Assembly: GCA_046330955.1 (NCBI GenBank)
Contig: JAXLRT010000023.1
Span: 17,925 to 81,924, forward strand
DNA from: Kineosporiaceae bacterium
GTDB lineage: Bacteria > Actinomycetota > Actinomycetes > Actinomycetales > Kineosporiaceae
DNA: 64,000 nt
Direction: 5' to 3'
Each line of letters opens with the position of its first letter. The stretch's first letter is position 1. A program made the position numbers and the translations under genes. Below, in pieces: positions 43,800-52,487 of this stretch. The notes beneath the pieces were generated by a model, which ran no database searches, was not told the origin of the DNA, and saw only the letters and a program-made list of their open reading frames with translations.

Positions 43800-44877
43800 T
43801 CCGGCGGCGGTCGGTACGGCGTCGGTCGATCACGATCGGGGCGATCTCGGGGCCGGCGGCGGACGCGATCAGCCGCTGGTAGAGGCGGACATGGTCGTCG
43901 ACCATACGCGCCATGCTGAACCGCTCCTCGGCGGCGCGACGGCAGGCGGCCCGGTCGATCCGGTCGAGCTGCCCGACGGCCTCGGCGAGGTCGGAGACCT
44001 CCTCGTGCAGGTAGCCGGTGACGCCCGGCTCGACGATCTGTCGCGCCGCACCGTGCGGTCGGGCGATGACCGGGGTGCCGCAGGCCAGCGCCTCGGCCAT
44101 CACCAGGCCGAACGGTTCCGGCCAGCCGATCGGGTTGATCAGCGCCTCGGCGCGCCCGACCAGGTCGATGCGCACGTCCTCGTCCGGCTCGAACATCAGC
44201 GTGACGTCGTCGCCCAGCAGCGGCTCGACGACCTCGGCGAAGTACTGCCGCTCGATCGGCTCGCGCATCTTGACCATCACGGTCAGCGGCAGGCCGGCCT
44301 TGCGCGCGACCTCGATGGCCAGGTGCACGCCCTTGTCGGGGTTCATCCGGCCGACGAACACCAGGAATCCGCCGCCGCCGGGGCCGGGCAGGTACCGGGT
44401 GGTGTCGATGCCGTGCGGGATGACCGCGGCGACCGGGATGTCGGGTGCGCTGGCTCGCTGCGGCCCGGAGATGCAGATGAGGTGGGCGCGGCCCGGCAGG
44501 CGGGAGTAGAGCTGGCGAGCCTTGTCGTCGAACGGACCGTGCATGGTGGTCACCACCGGCACCTCGGGCCGGCTGAGGTGGCTGGCGAGCAGCGGTCCGA
44601 CCACGGTGTGGTCGTGGATCACGTCGACATCCGACAGGGCGCGATAGGCCGCCTCGACGTGCACGCTCTCGTACGTGCTGTCCTGGATGGGCTCGACCGG
44701 CCCGTCGAACAGCCACGATCGACTCACCGGGCAGGTCGAACTGCCGATGGTGAAGAGCTCGACCTCGTGGCCGGCGAGCTGTAGACCCCGGGCGAGGTTG
44801 TCGATGACGGCCTCACTGCCGCCGTACCGCGGTGGTGGAACGGGAATCCATGGTCCGGCGATCATTCCGATACGCAC
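43738..44877 (-). CDS. Glycosyltransferase family 4 (GT-B fold)
   Basis: VRIGMIAGPWIPVPPPRYGGSEAVIDNLARGL...EPFGLVMAEALACGTPVI. The start GTG 44877 follows GGAGGAGA. Confidence 0.88.
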   Translation of the reverse strand: MRIGMIAGPWIPVPPPRYGGSEAVIDNLARGLQLAGHEVELFTIGSSTCPVSRSWLFDGPVEPIQDSTYESVHVEAAYRALSDVDVIHDHTVVGPLLASHLSRPEVPVVTTMHGPFDDKARQLYSRLPGRAHLICISGPQRASAPDIPVAAVIPHGIDTTRYLPGPGGGGFLVFVGRMNPDKGVHLAIEVARKAGLPLTVMVKMREPIERQYFAEVVEPLLGDDVTLMFEPDEDVRIDLVGRAEALINPIGWPEPFGLVMAEALACGTPVIARPHGAARQIVEPGVTGYLHEEVSDLAEAVGQLDRIDRAACRRAAEERFSMARMVDDHVRLYQRLIASAAGPEIAPIVIDRRRTDRRRINGWTASGPAAGELSRPAAR

Positions 44878-45012
44878 GTGACTGTCTCCTCCGTGTTCAA
44901 GAGGACGGCGCGCTCGGCGGCGTCCTGTGTCCTGCGCCGCGGACCCGGCGGCGCATTGCACATGAAACGGAGGTTTGCCCAACTCATCCCCGAAATAACC
45001 CTAAAGACGAGA

Positions 45013-46224
45013 TCAAGATGCGGCGGGGTCACGCCCCAGCCGTTCACCCACGGCCGCGAACAGCACCGCGAGCGAGGCAGCGGCGAGGCAGCCCGCGGGG
45101 TAGAGCACGACGGTCCAGCGCTGTTCGGGTTGCAGCGCCGAGGCGTGGGTGAGCATCGTCGGGACGATCGCCAGGGCGATCGCCGGCAGGGAACATCCGA
45201 GTGCCCGGGGCCAGCGTGAGCCGGTGGGCAGCTGGGACGCCGCGATCAGCGCGGCGCAGATGGTGGTGGCGGCCGCGACGGCGCGCAACGGGGCCAGTTG
45301 CCAGCCGCGCAACGCCTCGGCGAGGTCGGGCCGGACGGCGATCAGCACCACGGTGCCGCCGAGCGTGACGCCGGCGACGGTGCGGGTCAGGTCGGTCCAG
45401 GTCGACCGGATGCCGTCCGCGGCGAGCAGGGTGGCCGCCGCGACCCAGCCCGGGTGCGCGATCATCGCGAGCAGCTCGGACCGGTTCGGGGTCAGTCCCA
45501 GCATGTTGAGATCGCGCGCGGTCCAGGCGAGGTCGGTGACCAGCGGCACGGTCACGGTGAGCCAGGGCAGCAGGGCCGCGGCGGAGGCTCGGTCGGCAAT
45601 CCGCAGTTGAGTGCTGTGCCAGAGCACGGCCAGCGACAGGCAGGTGGCCGCGAGCGCGTGCGCCGCCAGGTCACGGGAGTCGACGGGGCCGCCGGCGAGA
45701 ACCCCGCGCAGTGCCCAGGTGCTGGTGATCACCGCGGTCAGCAGCACGAGCAGGATCACCGGGCGTGACCGGTGCCGGAGCTCGCCGCGGTGGCGGCTGC
45801 GGGCGATCTCGGTCTCGGCCGACGCCCGGCGGCTCGGGGCCGATCTGGTCTGCGGTGTCGGCTCCGGTACGGGCTTCGCTGCGCGCTTCGGTGCGGGCTT
45901 CGGTGCGGGCTTCGGTGGGGTGTCGACCGGTGCAGCGGTTCGGACCCGGGCGAGCTCGGCCATCTGCTGGGCGTCGTGGTAGGCAGCCTGCTGGGCTGCC
46001 TCGTGGGCGGCTCGGCGGGCGGCGTCCTGGGCGGCCGGCTCGGCGGCGTCCTGGGCTGCCTGCTCCGCTGCGCGCTGGGCGGCGTGCTGGGCGGCTTCGT
46101 AGGTGGCCTGCCACGCGGCCTCGAGAGCCAGCACGTCGGGGGTCGCGACCTGGCCGGCGCGCTCGGCGGCCTCGCGCTCGGCGCGGCGGGCCTCTCGCCG
46201 GGTCAGCGGGACCGTTTGCTCCAT
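45013..46224 (-). CDS. Hypothetical polytopic membrane protein with an Ala/Gln-rich repetitive cytoplasmic N-terminus
   Basis: The N-terminal AAQ/AAE-type repeats and KPAPKPAPK are followed by about 8 hydrophobic segments. I recognised no family. Confidence 0.6.
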   Translation of the reverse strand: MEQTVPLTRREARRAEREAAERAGQVATPDVLALEAAWQATYEAAQHAAQRAAEQAAQDAAEPAAQDAARRAAHEAAQQAAYHDAQQMAELARVRTAAPVDTPPKPAPKPAPKRAAKPVPEPTPQTRSAPSRRASAETEIARSRHRGELRHRSRPVILLVLLTAVITSTWALRGVLAGGPVDSRDLAAHALAATCLSLAVLWHSTQLRIADRASAAALLPWLTVTVPLVTDLAWTARDLNMLGLTPNRSELLAMIAHPGWVAAATLLAADGIRSTWTDLTRTVAGVTLGGTVVLIAVRPDLAEALRGWQLAPLRAVAAATTICAALIAASQLPTGSRWPRALGCSLPAIALAIVPTMLTHASALQPEQRWTVVLYPAGCLAAASLAVLFAAVGERLGRDPAAS

Positions 46225-46301
46225 GTGGGTGCACGTCGTCACGCACCGCGAGCAGCTTGAGCCCGTTGGGACTCGACGTTGGCCTCGGCGTTGGCCTCGG
46301 C

Positions 46302-46760
46302 TCAGCCCTCGGAGGGCTCGCCGGTCGGGATCGGTCGCCCCTCGAAGGGGGTGGACAGCACCACGGTGGTCTTGGTCGCCACGCCGGCTGCGGCCCGGAT
46401 GCGTGCCAGCAGGGTCTCGAGGGTGCCGGGAGTGGCTACCCGCACCTTGAGGATGTAGTTGTCCGCCCCGGCCACCGAGTGGCAGGCCTCGATCTCGGGC
46501 AGGGCGGCGAGGCGGTCGGGCACGTCGTCCGGGGCGGCCGGGTCGAGGGGGGTGACCGAGACGAAGGCGGTGAGCGGCAGGCCCAGCGCCTCGGGGTCGA
46601 CCAGGATGGTGTAGCCACGGATCACGCCGCGCTGCTCCAGCCGGCGCACGCGTTGATGGACGGCGGAGGTGGACAGCCCCGTCGCCTTGCCCAGGTCGGT
46701 GAAACTCATCCGCCCGTCTCGGGACAGCAGATGAACGATCTGCTGGTCGATCTCTTCCAC
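46302..46760 (-). CDS. Lrp/AsnC family transcriptional regulator
   Basis: The HTH is IDQQIVHLLSRDGRMSFTDLGKATGLSTSAVHQRVRRLEQRGVI, followed by a RAM domain. Confidence 0.92.
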   Translation of the reverse strand: MEEIDQQIVHLLSRDGRMSFTDLGKATGLSTSAVHQRVRRLEQRGVIRGYTILVDPEALGLPLTAFVSVTPLDPAAPDDVPDRLAALPEIEACHSVAGADNYILKVRVATPGTLETLLARIRAAAGVATKTTVVLSTPFEGRPIPTGEPSEG

Positions 46761-46783
46761 GTCGCGAAGACTACGCTGCCCCG

Positions 46784-47740
46784 ATGAGTGGTCGCCTGAT
46801 GCTGGTCGATTCGGCCTCGCTGTATTTCCGGGCCTTCTTCGGGGTGAAGGATCCGATCATGGCCCCGGACGGCACGCCGGTCAACGCGGTGCGCGGGTTC
46901 CTCGACATGCTCGCCACGTTGATCACGAGGCAGCGCCCGACTCGGCTGGTGGCTTGTTGGGACGACGACTGGCGCCCCGCGTTCCGAGTGGCCGCGATCC
47001 CCTCCTACAAGGCGCACCGGATGGCTCCGGTGCAGCCCGCCGGTGGCCCGGACGTCGAGATCACCCCGGATGCGCTCGACGTCCAGGTGCCGATCATCGC
47101 GGCGGCGCTCGAGGTGCTCGGGATCGCCCGGCTGGGCCGGGCGGGGTTGGAGGCGGACGACGTGATCGGCACGCTGACCACCCGCGAGGTGCGGCGGGCG
47201 CACGCCGCAGGGGCGGCGGCGGACGTCGAGGTGGTCACCGGGGATCGCGACCTGTTCCAGCTCGTGGACGACGCCGGCGTGGTGCGGGTGCTCTACACCG
47301 GCAAGGGGGTGCGCAATCTGGACGAGGTCGACCAGGGGAGGTTGGCCGAGAAGTACGGCGTCGCCGACGGGGCCGGGTATGCGGCGATGGCCGCGCTGCG
47401 CGGTGATCCCAGCGACGGTCTGCCGGGGGTGCCGGGCATCGGCGAGAAGACCGCGGCCTCGCTGATCGCCCGCTACCGGGATCTGCCGACGCTGCGGGCG
47501 GCGGCGGCCTCGCCGGACAGCGACCTGTCCCCCGCCAACCGTCGCCGGTTGCTGGAGGCGGCCGACTATCTCGACGTGGCACCGAAGGTGGTCGAGGTGG
47601 TGCGCGAGGCGGACCTGCCGGTGGTGGACGACGCGCTACCGCTGACCCCGCACGATCACGACGCGCTGGTCGCGTTCTCGGCCCGCTGGAACCTGGACTC
47701 CCCCGTGGCCCGGCTGGTCGGCGCGTTGTCCGGGCGGTGA
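46784..47740 (+). CDS. 5'-3' exonuclease (Pol I N-terminal / FEN-like)
   Basis: LMLVDSASLYFRAFFGV..., EADDVIGTL, VVTGDRDLFQLV and GVPGIGEKTA are present. Confidence 0.9.
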   Translation: MSGRLMLVDSASLYFRAFFGVKDPIMAPDGTPVNAVRGFLDMLATLITRQRPTRLVACWDDDWRPAFRVAAIPSYKAHRMAPVQPAGGPDVEITPDALDVQVPIIAAALEVLGIARLGRAGLEADDVIGTLTTREVRRAHAAGAAADVEVVTGDRDLFQLVDDAGVVRVLYTGKGVRNLDEVDQGRLAEKYGVADGAGYAAMAALRGDPSDGLPGVPGIGEKTAASLIARYRDLPTLRAAAASPDSDLSPANRRRLLEAADYLDVAPKVVEVVREADLPVVDDALPLTPHDHDALVAFSARWNLDSPVARLVGALSGR

Positions 47741-47773
47741 CCCGCGCGCGGTGGTGCGCCGGTCAGCCGGAGT

Positions 47774-48979
47774 TCAGCCCGCGGTGCCGTGCCAGAGGGC
47801 GAGGATCCGGTTGGCCCAGGCGGTGTTGACCAGCCCCAGGGCCGGCAGGTTGTGCATCATCAACGAGTCCTGCGTGGGCCGGAAGGACCCCTTGGTGCCG
47901 AAGCACCCCCCGGGGACGAGGGTCACCCGGGTCTCGTCGCGGGTGAAGTCGAGCCGTCCGGGTGCCAGCGGCTGGCCCACCAGCGCCAGTTCCTCGGCCC
48001 AGATGTCGACCATCGGGTCGTAGCGCCCGATGAGCTTGCCCCACCAGGCGCGCGCGGACTTCTCGGACGCCGCGCATGCGGGCCACTGATCGGGATGCTT
48101 CGTGGTGTCGGCCTTGTCGACCCCGATGTACTCGTCGTTCAGCCCGAACAGAGCGTGACCCAACTCGTGGGCGGCGACCACCGCCGAGCCGCTCGGATTC
48201 TTGCTCGAAACGTCCACCAGGACGCCGGCGAACGGTTGATCGTCCGTACGGCGCAGCATGGGCTTGCTCGGGAAGTCGGGCAGGAAGAAGTTCGAGGTCG
48301 ACCCGGACACCGACCGGATCCCGGAATCGTACGCGAGCGTGACGATCGCAAGATCGGGCAGGTCGCCCACCTGCTGCGACGGGTCGACGTCGAGCCAGCT
48401 GTTCGGTTTGGCCGGCGAGCGGTCGGTGAGCCAGACGTTGAACGTGTCCCGGTGGGACCGCCAGGGCTCGATCCCGAAGATGCCGATGATCGGCTCGGTG
48501 CCGTCCGCGGCGATCTGCCCGGCCCGATCGACCAGGTGGACGTGCCCGTCCCAGCCCAGGTCGAGCAGCGCGGTGGCGCGCAGTCGCTTGGTGTCCGGCC
48601 AGCCCCAGCCCGCGAACACGAGGTTGATCCGGTCGGCGTCGACGCGGTTGTGACCGGGGACCAGCTCGGTCAGGCCCGCGGGGACGACGCGCCGCCCGCC
48701 GCGGGTCGGCGAGTGCCCGGCCGTCGCCGTCCCCGAACTCGCGGTCCCGGAGCTCGCGGTGGACGACACCGATGCCGGGGTCGAGGAGCCGGTGACCGCC
48801 GGTGAGGCGGATCCACTCGCACCGGGTGTGGTCGCGCCCGCTGTGGGCGGCGAGGTCATCTTCGCGGCGGGCGGGGAATCCTGCTGACAGGCGGCCAGCA
48901 GTAGCGCCAGCAGCAGGCCGCACGCCACGCGTACCGCTCGTCGTGCCGTTCGCACCGGACCGGCCTCCGCCGTGCTCAT
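47774..48979 (-). CDS. M64-like zinc metalloprotease lipoprotein (paralog A)
   Basis: The lipobox is LLLAAC, followed by a Ser/Thr/Ala/Pro linker. HELGHALFGLNDEY matches HExxH...DEY, as in peptidase M64. The start ATG 48979 overlaps the paralog B stop (ATGA). Confidence 0.75.
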   Translation of the reverse strand: MSTAEAGPVRTARRAVRVACGLLLALLLAACQQDSPPAAKMTSPPTAGATTPGASGSASPAVTGSSTPASVSSTASSGTASSGTATAGHSPTRGGRRVVPAGLTELVPGHNRVDADRINLVFAGWGWPDTKRLRATALLDLGWDGHVHLVDRAGQIAADGTEPIIGIFGIEPWRSHRDTFNVWLTDRSPAKPNSWLDVDPSQQVGDLPDLAIVTLAYDSGIRSVSGSTSNFFLPDFPSKPMLRRTDDQPFAGVLVDVSSKNPSGSAVVAAHELGHALFGLNDEYIGVDKADTTKHPDQWPACAASEKSARAWWGKLIGRYDPMVDIWAEELALVGQPLAPGRLDFTRDETRVTLVPGGCFGTKGSFRPTQDSLMMHNLPALGLVNTAWANRILALWHGTAG

Positions 48980-50151
48980 CGTGCCGCGGTGCCGTGCCAG
49001 AGGGCGAGGATCCGGTTGGCCCAGGCGGTGTTGACCAGGCCCAGGGCCGGCAGGTTGTGCATCATCAACGAGTCCTCGGTGGAGCGGAAGGACCCCTTGT
49101 TGCCGTAGCAGCCGCCCGGGACGAGGGTCACCCGAACCTTGTCGCGGTAGTAGGCCAGGGCGTCCGGCGACACCGGTTGGCCCGCCAGGGCCAGTTCCTT
49201 CGCCCAGGTGTCGATCATCGGGTCGTAGCGTCCGATGAGCTTGCCCCACCAGGCGCGCGCCGACTTCTCGGACGCGGCGCAGGAGGGCCACTGGTCGGGA
49301 TGCTTCGTGGTGTCGACCTTGTCGACGCCGACGTACTCGTCGTTCAGCCCGAACAGGGCGTGACCCAACTCGTGGGCGGACTCGATCGCCGAGTTGCTCG
49401 GGTCCTTGCTGGACACGTTGACCACGGCGTTGCTGAACGGCTGATCATCTTTGCGGCGCAGGGTGGGCCTGCTCGGGAAGTCGGGGATGAAGAAGTCCTG
49501 CCCCAGACCAGTCTGCGACACGACTCCCCCGTCGAGCGCGAGTGTGATCATGACGAGATCGGGCAGGTCGACCACGGGAGCGACCTGGCTGGCCAACAGC
49601 CAGCTCTTCGGCTTGGCCGGGGTCCGGTCGGTGATCCAGATGTTGAACTTGTCCCGGTTGGACCGCCAGGGCTCGATGCCGAAGATGCCGATGATCGGGA
49701 TGGTGCCGTTCGGGACGATCTCGCCCGAGAGGTTCGCCAGCTTGACGTGCCCGTCCCAGCCCAGGTGCACCAGCGCGGTGGATCGTAGCCGCTTCGTGTC
49801 GGACCAGCCCCAGCCCGCGAACACCAGGTTGATCCGGTCGGCATCCACCCGGTTGTGACCGGGGATCAGCTCGGTCACCCCCGCCGGGACGACGCGCCCG
49901 CCGCGCGTGGGTGAGTGTCCGGTCGTGGTGGGGCGCGACGTGGGGGCCGCCGCTGTCGTCGACGTGGCGGTGGCCGGGGTCGTGGAGGCGACTGTGGACG
50001 GCTCCGGTGAGGACGACCCAGCCACCTCGGACGACGTCACACCGGGGGCCGGGGACGACGGCACCGCCGCCGGTGACGGAGACCCGCTACCGCAGGCCGT
50101 CAACGTCATCACCAGCATCACGCCGGCTGTCACGATTCTCGAGGGACGCAC
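48976..50151 (-). CDS. M64-like zinc metalloprotease lipoprotein (paralog B)
   Basis: The lipobox is MTLTAC and the motif HELGHALFGLNDEY is present. The start GTG 50151 lies 5 nt after GGAGG. It aligns with paralog A along its whole length. Confidence 0.75.
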   Translation of the reverse strand: MRPSRIVTAGVMLVMTLTACGSGSPSPAAVPSSPAPGVTSSEVAGSSSPEPSTVASTTPATATSTTAAAPTSRPTTTGHSPTRGGRVVPAGVTELIPGHNRVDADRINLVFAGWGWSDTKRLRSTALVHLGWDGHVKLANLSGEIVPNGTIPIIGIFGIEPWRSNRDKFNIWITDRTPAKPKSWLLASQVAPVVDLPDLVMITLALDGGVVSQTGLGQDFFIPDFPSRPTLRRKDDQPFSNAVVNVSSKDPSNSAIESAHELGHALFGLNDEYVGVDKVDTTKHPDQWPSCAASEKSARAWWGKLIGRYDPMIDTWAKELALAGQPVSPDALAYYRDKVRVTLVPGGCYGNKGSFRSTEDSLMMHNLPALGLVNTAWANRILALWHGTAAR

Positions 50152-50351
50152 AGAAACCTCCGGGTCGGGCCGATCAGCCACGTCGCCACTGCAACCGTTC
50201 GGTGCCGACAGAACCCGTCTTGAGGGAATCGCCGAAGAATCGCAGAGGCATCTCCCCCCTTGGTCGCGCAGCGGGCGGCTTCGGTTGACACCTCGAACTC
50301 GCCACGCAGGAATGCAACGAGAAATGTCGCCGTACCGCGCATCGCCGGCGG

Positions 50352-52238
50352 TCAGAACGGTGGTGGCTCGCCCTCCGAGCGAGGAAGCGGCGGCAGTGGC
50401 CACGCCCCGGGGAGGTCGCCTTCGGCCGCCAGCGGTGGCGGCGCGTCAGGCGGTTCGCTGATCTGATGCCCGGACGGCGTGCGCCAGGTGATCTGCCCGG
50501 TCACCGGATCGAGGCTCGGGGTGAACCCGGCGTGAGTCTTCAAAAGATGGTGGAACCGGCACAGCGGGGCCAGGTTGTGCTCGCTCGTCTCGCCGTCCTT
50601 GCCGTAGGCGGTGACGTGGTCGAGGTCGGTGTCGATCGCGGGCCGTCCGCATCCGGGGTGGGAGCACCGTGGCCGGGTGGCCTTGACGAGTGCCTTCACG
50701 AACGGCGACGGCGTGTAGCCCGGGTCGGTCGCGGCCCGGCCGATCGCGATCAGGGTGCCGTAGGTCGGTGAGCCGGGTCGGTCATCGAGGACTTGGCAGC
50801 GCCAGATCGCGCGCTTGCCGTACTTGTCGAGGATCGCGGCGAGGGCCTCGGTGGGGATCGGCCCGTGGCCTGCGGCTTCGACCCATCCGGTGCCGGTGGG
50901 TGGTGGCGTGCCCGCCCACAACGCGGCGAGGACCTGGAACGGGATGGTCACGTTCAACGACACCTTGGGTTCGACCCGGATCCCCGGGCAGACGGGGGGT
51001 GGGGTGCTGATGGCATCGCCGCCGAGCAGGCCAGCGCCCGTCACCGGGTGGTCGGCCCGCTGCCCGGAGGTCGGGCTCTCGGCGGCCCGGCCGGGTGTGT
51101 GATCGGTGTGGACACGGTCGCCTTCAGCGCTGGTGGTGGGCAGCAGTGGGGTGATGGTGTCGGGGTCGGTGACCAGGTCGAAGATGATCTGCGCCATCGA
51201 CGCCGCCTGCCGTTCCCGCGCCGCCGCCGAGCCACCGGTCGATGCCGAGGCGGTGCCGGTGGCCGATCCCGCACCCGGGCAGGCAGCCGCCTGCACCCGG
51301 TGCAGCAACGCTGCATGCAGATCGGCGATGCTCGTGATCGACCCCCGATAGGTGAGGGCGGCACGGCCGTAGCCCTGCTGGCTGACCTTGACGGAGTCCT
51401 TCTCCGCCGCCGCGTCATCCAGGATCCGCCGATACGCCCCCGGATCAGCCTGGGCGACCAGCCGCTCGATCCGGTTCCGCAACCCCACGACCCCGAGCTG
51501 CTCGGCCACGGGCAGGATCATCTTCTCCACCCAGTCCCGCGCCCGACCCGCCTCCAGCCGCTCGGTCTGCCGCGCGATGTCCCGCGCACGGGTCGTGGAG
51601 ATCGTCCCGTCGAGCAGCGCCTGGTAGAGCCGGCCATGCTCCTCCGGCCAGGTCGCCAGCATCTCGACTCGGGCCCGCAGTCCCGACGGGCTGGTCCGCG
51701 CCACGGCAGCGACCTCTTCGATCGCCGCGGTCAGGGCGCGTTCCTCGGGGTCACGGACCCATTCCGGCAGCTTCATCTCGAGGCTGAGATCGAGTTCGTG
51801 CGGATGCCGCGCCTGATACCGCCACGCCAGTTCACGAGTCAGCTGCGCCTGCGTCAGCTCGATGTGGGTGATCGCCTGCCGACACGCCACCGCCGCCGAG
51901 ACCACCTCGGCATCGGTGAGCCCGGACGGCTGCGATTGCGCCAACGTCACCGCGGCCACGGTCACCAGCGACGGCTCGACCTGACCCGGCTTCAGGAACG
52001 TCCGGCAGATCCGCCCCGCCACCGCATCCCGGTCGTCCTCGTTCTCCGGTCCGCCGTCCCCGAACCAGCCCCAGACCGCATCCCGCGCCGACAACCGCTC
52101 CCGCTGCCCGGCGACCTGCTCCTGCAGTGTGACGTTCGCGGCCCGCAGCGCCTCGACCTCGCCGCGCAACGCGTCGTTCTCGACCCCGAGCCGAGCCACC
52201 TCGGCATCAGCGTCGTGTAACAGGTCGGCCGTGAACAT
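50352..52238 (-). CDS. DUF222 + HNH endonuclease protein (REP13E12-like family)
   Basis: The C-terminal HNH region is CSHPGCGRPAIDTDLDHVTAYGKDGETSEHNLAPLCRFHHLLKTHAGF. The long helical N-terminal region is typical of DUF222. Confidence 0.85.
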   Translation of the reverse strand: MFTADLLHDADAEVARLGVENDALRGEVEALRAANVTLQEQVAGQRERLSARDAVWGWFGDGGPENEDDRDAVAGRICRTFLKPGQVEPSLVTVAAVTLAQSQPSGLTDAEVVSAAVACRQAITHIELTQAQLTRELAWRYQARHPHELDLSLEMKLPEWVRDPEERALTAAIEEVAAVARTSPSGLRARVEMLATWPEEHGRLYQALLDGTISTTRARDIARQTERLEAGRARDWVEKMILPVAEQLGVVGLRNRIERLVAQADPGAYRRILDDAAAEKDSVKVSQQGYGRAALTYRGSITSIADLHAALLHRVQAAACPGAGSATGTASASTGGSAAARERQAASMAQIIFDLVTDPDTITPLLPTTSAEGDRVHTDHTPGRAAESPTSGQRADHPVTGAGLLGGDAISTPPPVCPGIRVEPKVSLNVTIPFQVLAALWAGTPPPTGTGWVEAAGHGPIPTEALAAILDKYGKRAIWRCQVLDDRPGSPTYGTLIAIGRAATDPGYTPSPFVKALVKATRPRCSHPGCGRPAIDTDLDHVTAYGKDGETSEHNLAPLCRFHHLLKTHAGFTPSLDPVTGQITWRTPSGHQISEPPDAPPPLAAEGDLPGAWPLPPLPRSEGEPPPF

Positions 52239-52351
52239 GCCCGCAAGTCTACTAGAACAAACGTTCGAATACGAGCACTTCGGCTGTAGGATTCCCCCGC
52301 CCCAGAACGGTTTTCACGCCCACCCAAGCGGGCTGGCGGTGGCGATCCCAA

Positions 52352-52460
52352 GGGTGGGGGCAGGCGGGGTTGGTGCGCGCGGCTGGCTGGGTCTGGCGGG
52401 AGCGCGAGCCTGCGAGCGCGGATGGATCGCCGCGCGCACCAACCCCGCCTGCCCCCACCC
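52352..52460. repeat. Perfect 32-bp inverted repeat with a 45-nt loop between helY and the HNH gene
   Basis: The arms are GGGTGGGGGCAGGCGGGGTTGGTGCGCGCGGC (52352-52383) and its exact reverse complement (52429-52460). Confidence 0.85.
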
Positions 52461-52487
52461 GGAACCACGCCGAGACCCAGTGACACC

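Noticed and set aside
46278-46301. Tandem 12-mer GTTGGCCTCGGC x2 directly after the lrp stop, and GAGGATGG x2 at about 57704-57721.
   Set aside because: These are real in the sequence. They are too short and too isolated to interpret, and are probably slippage products in intergenic DNA.
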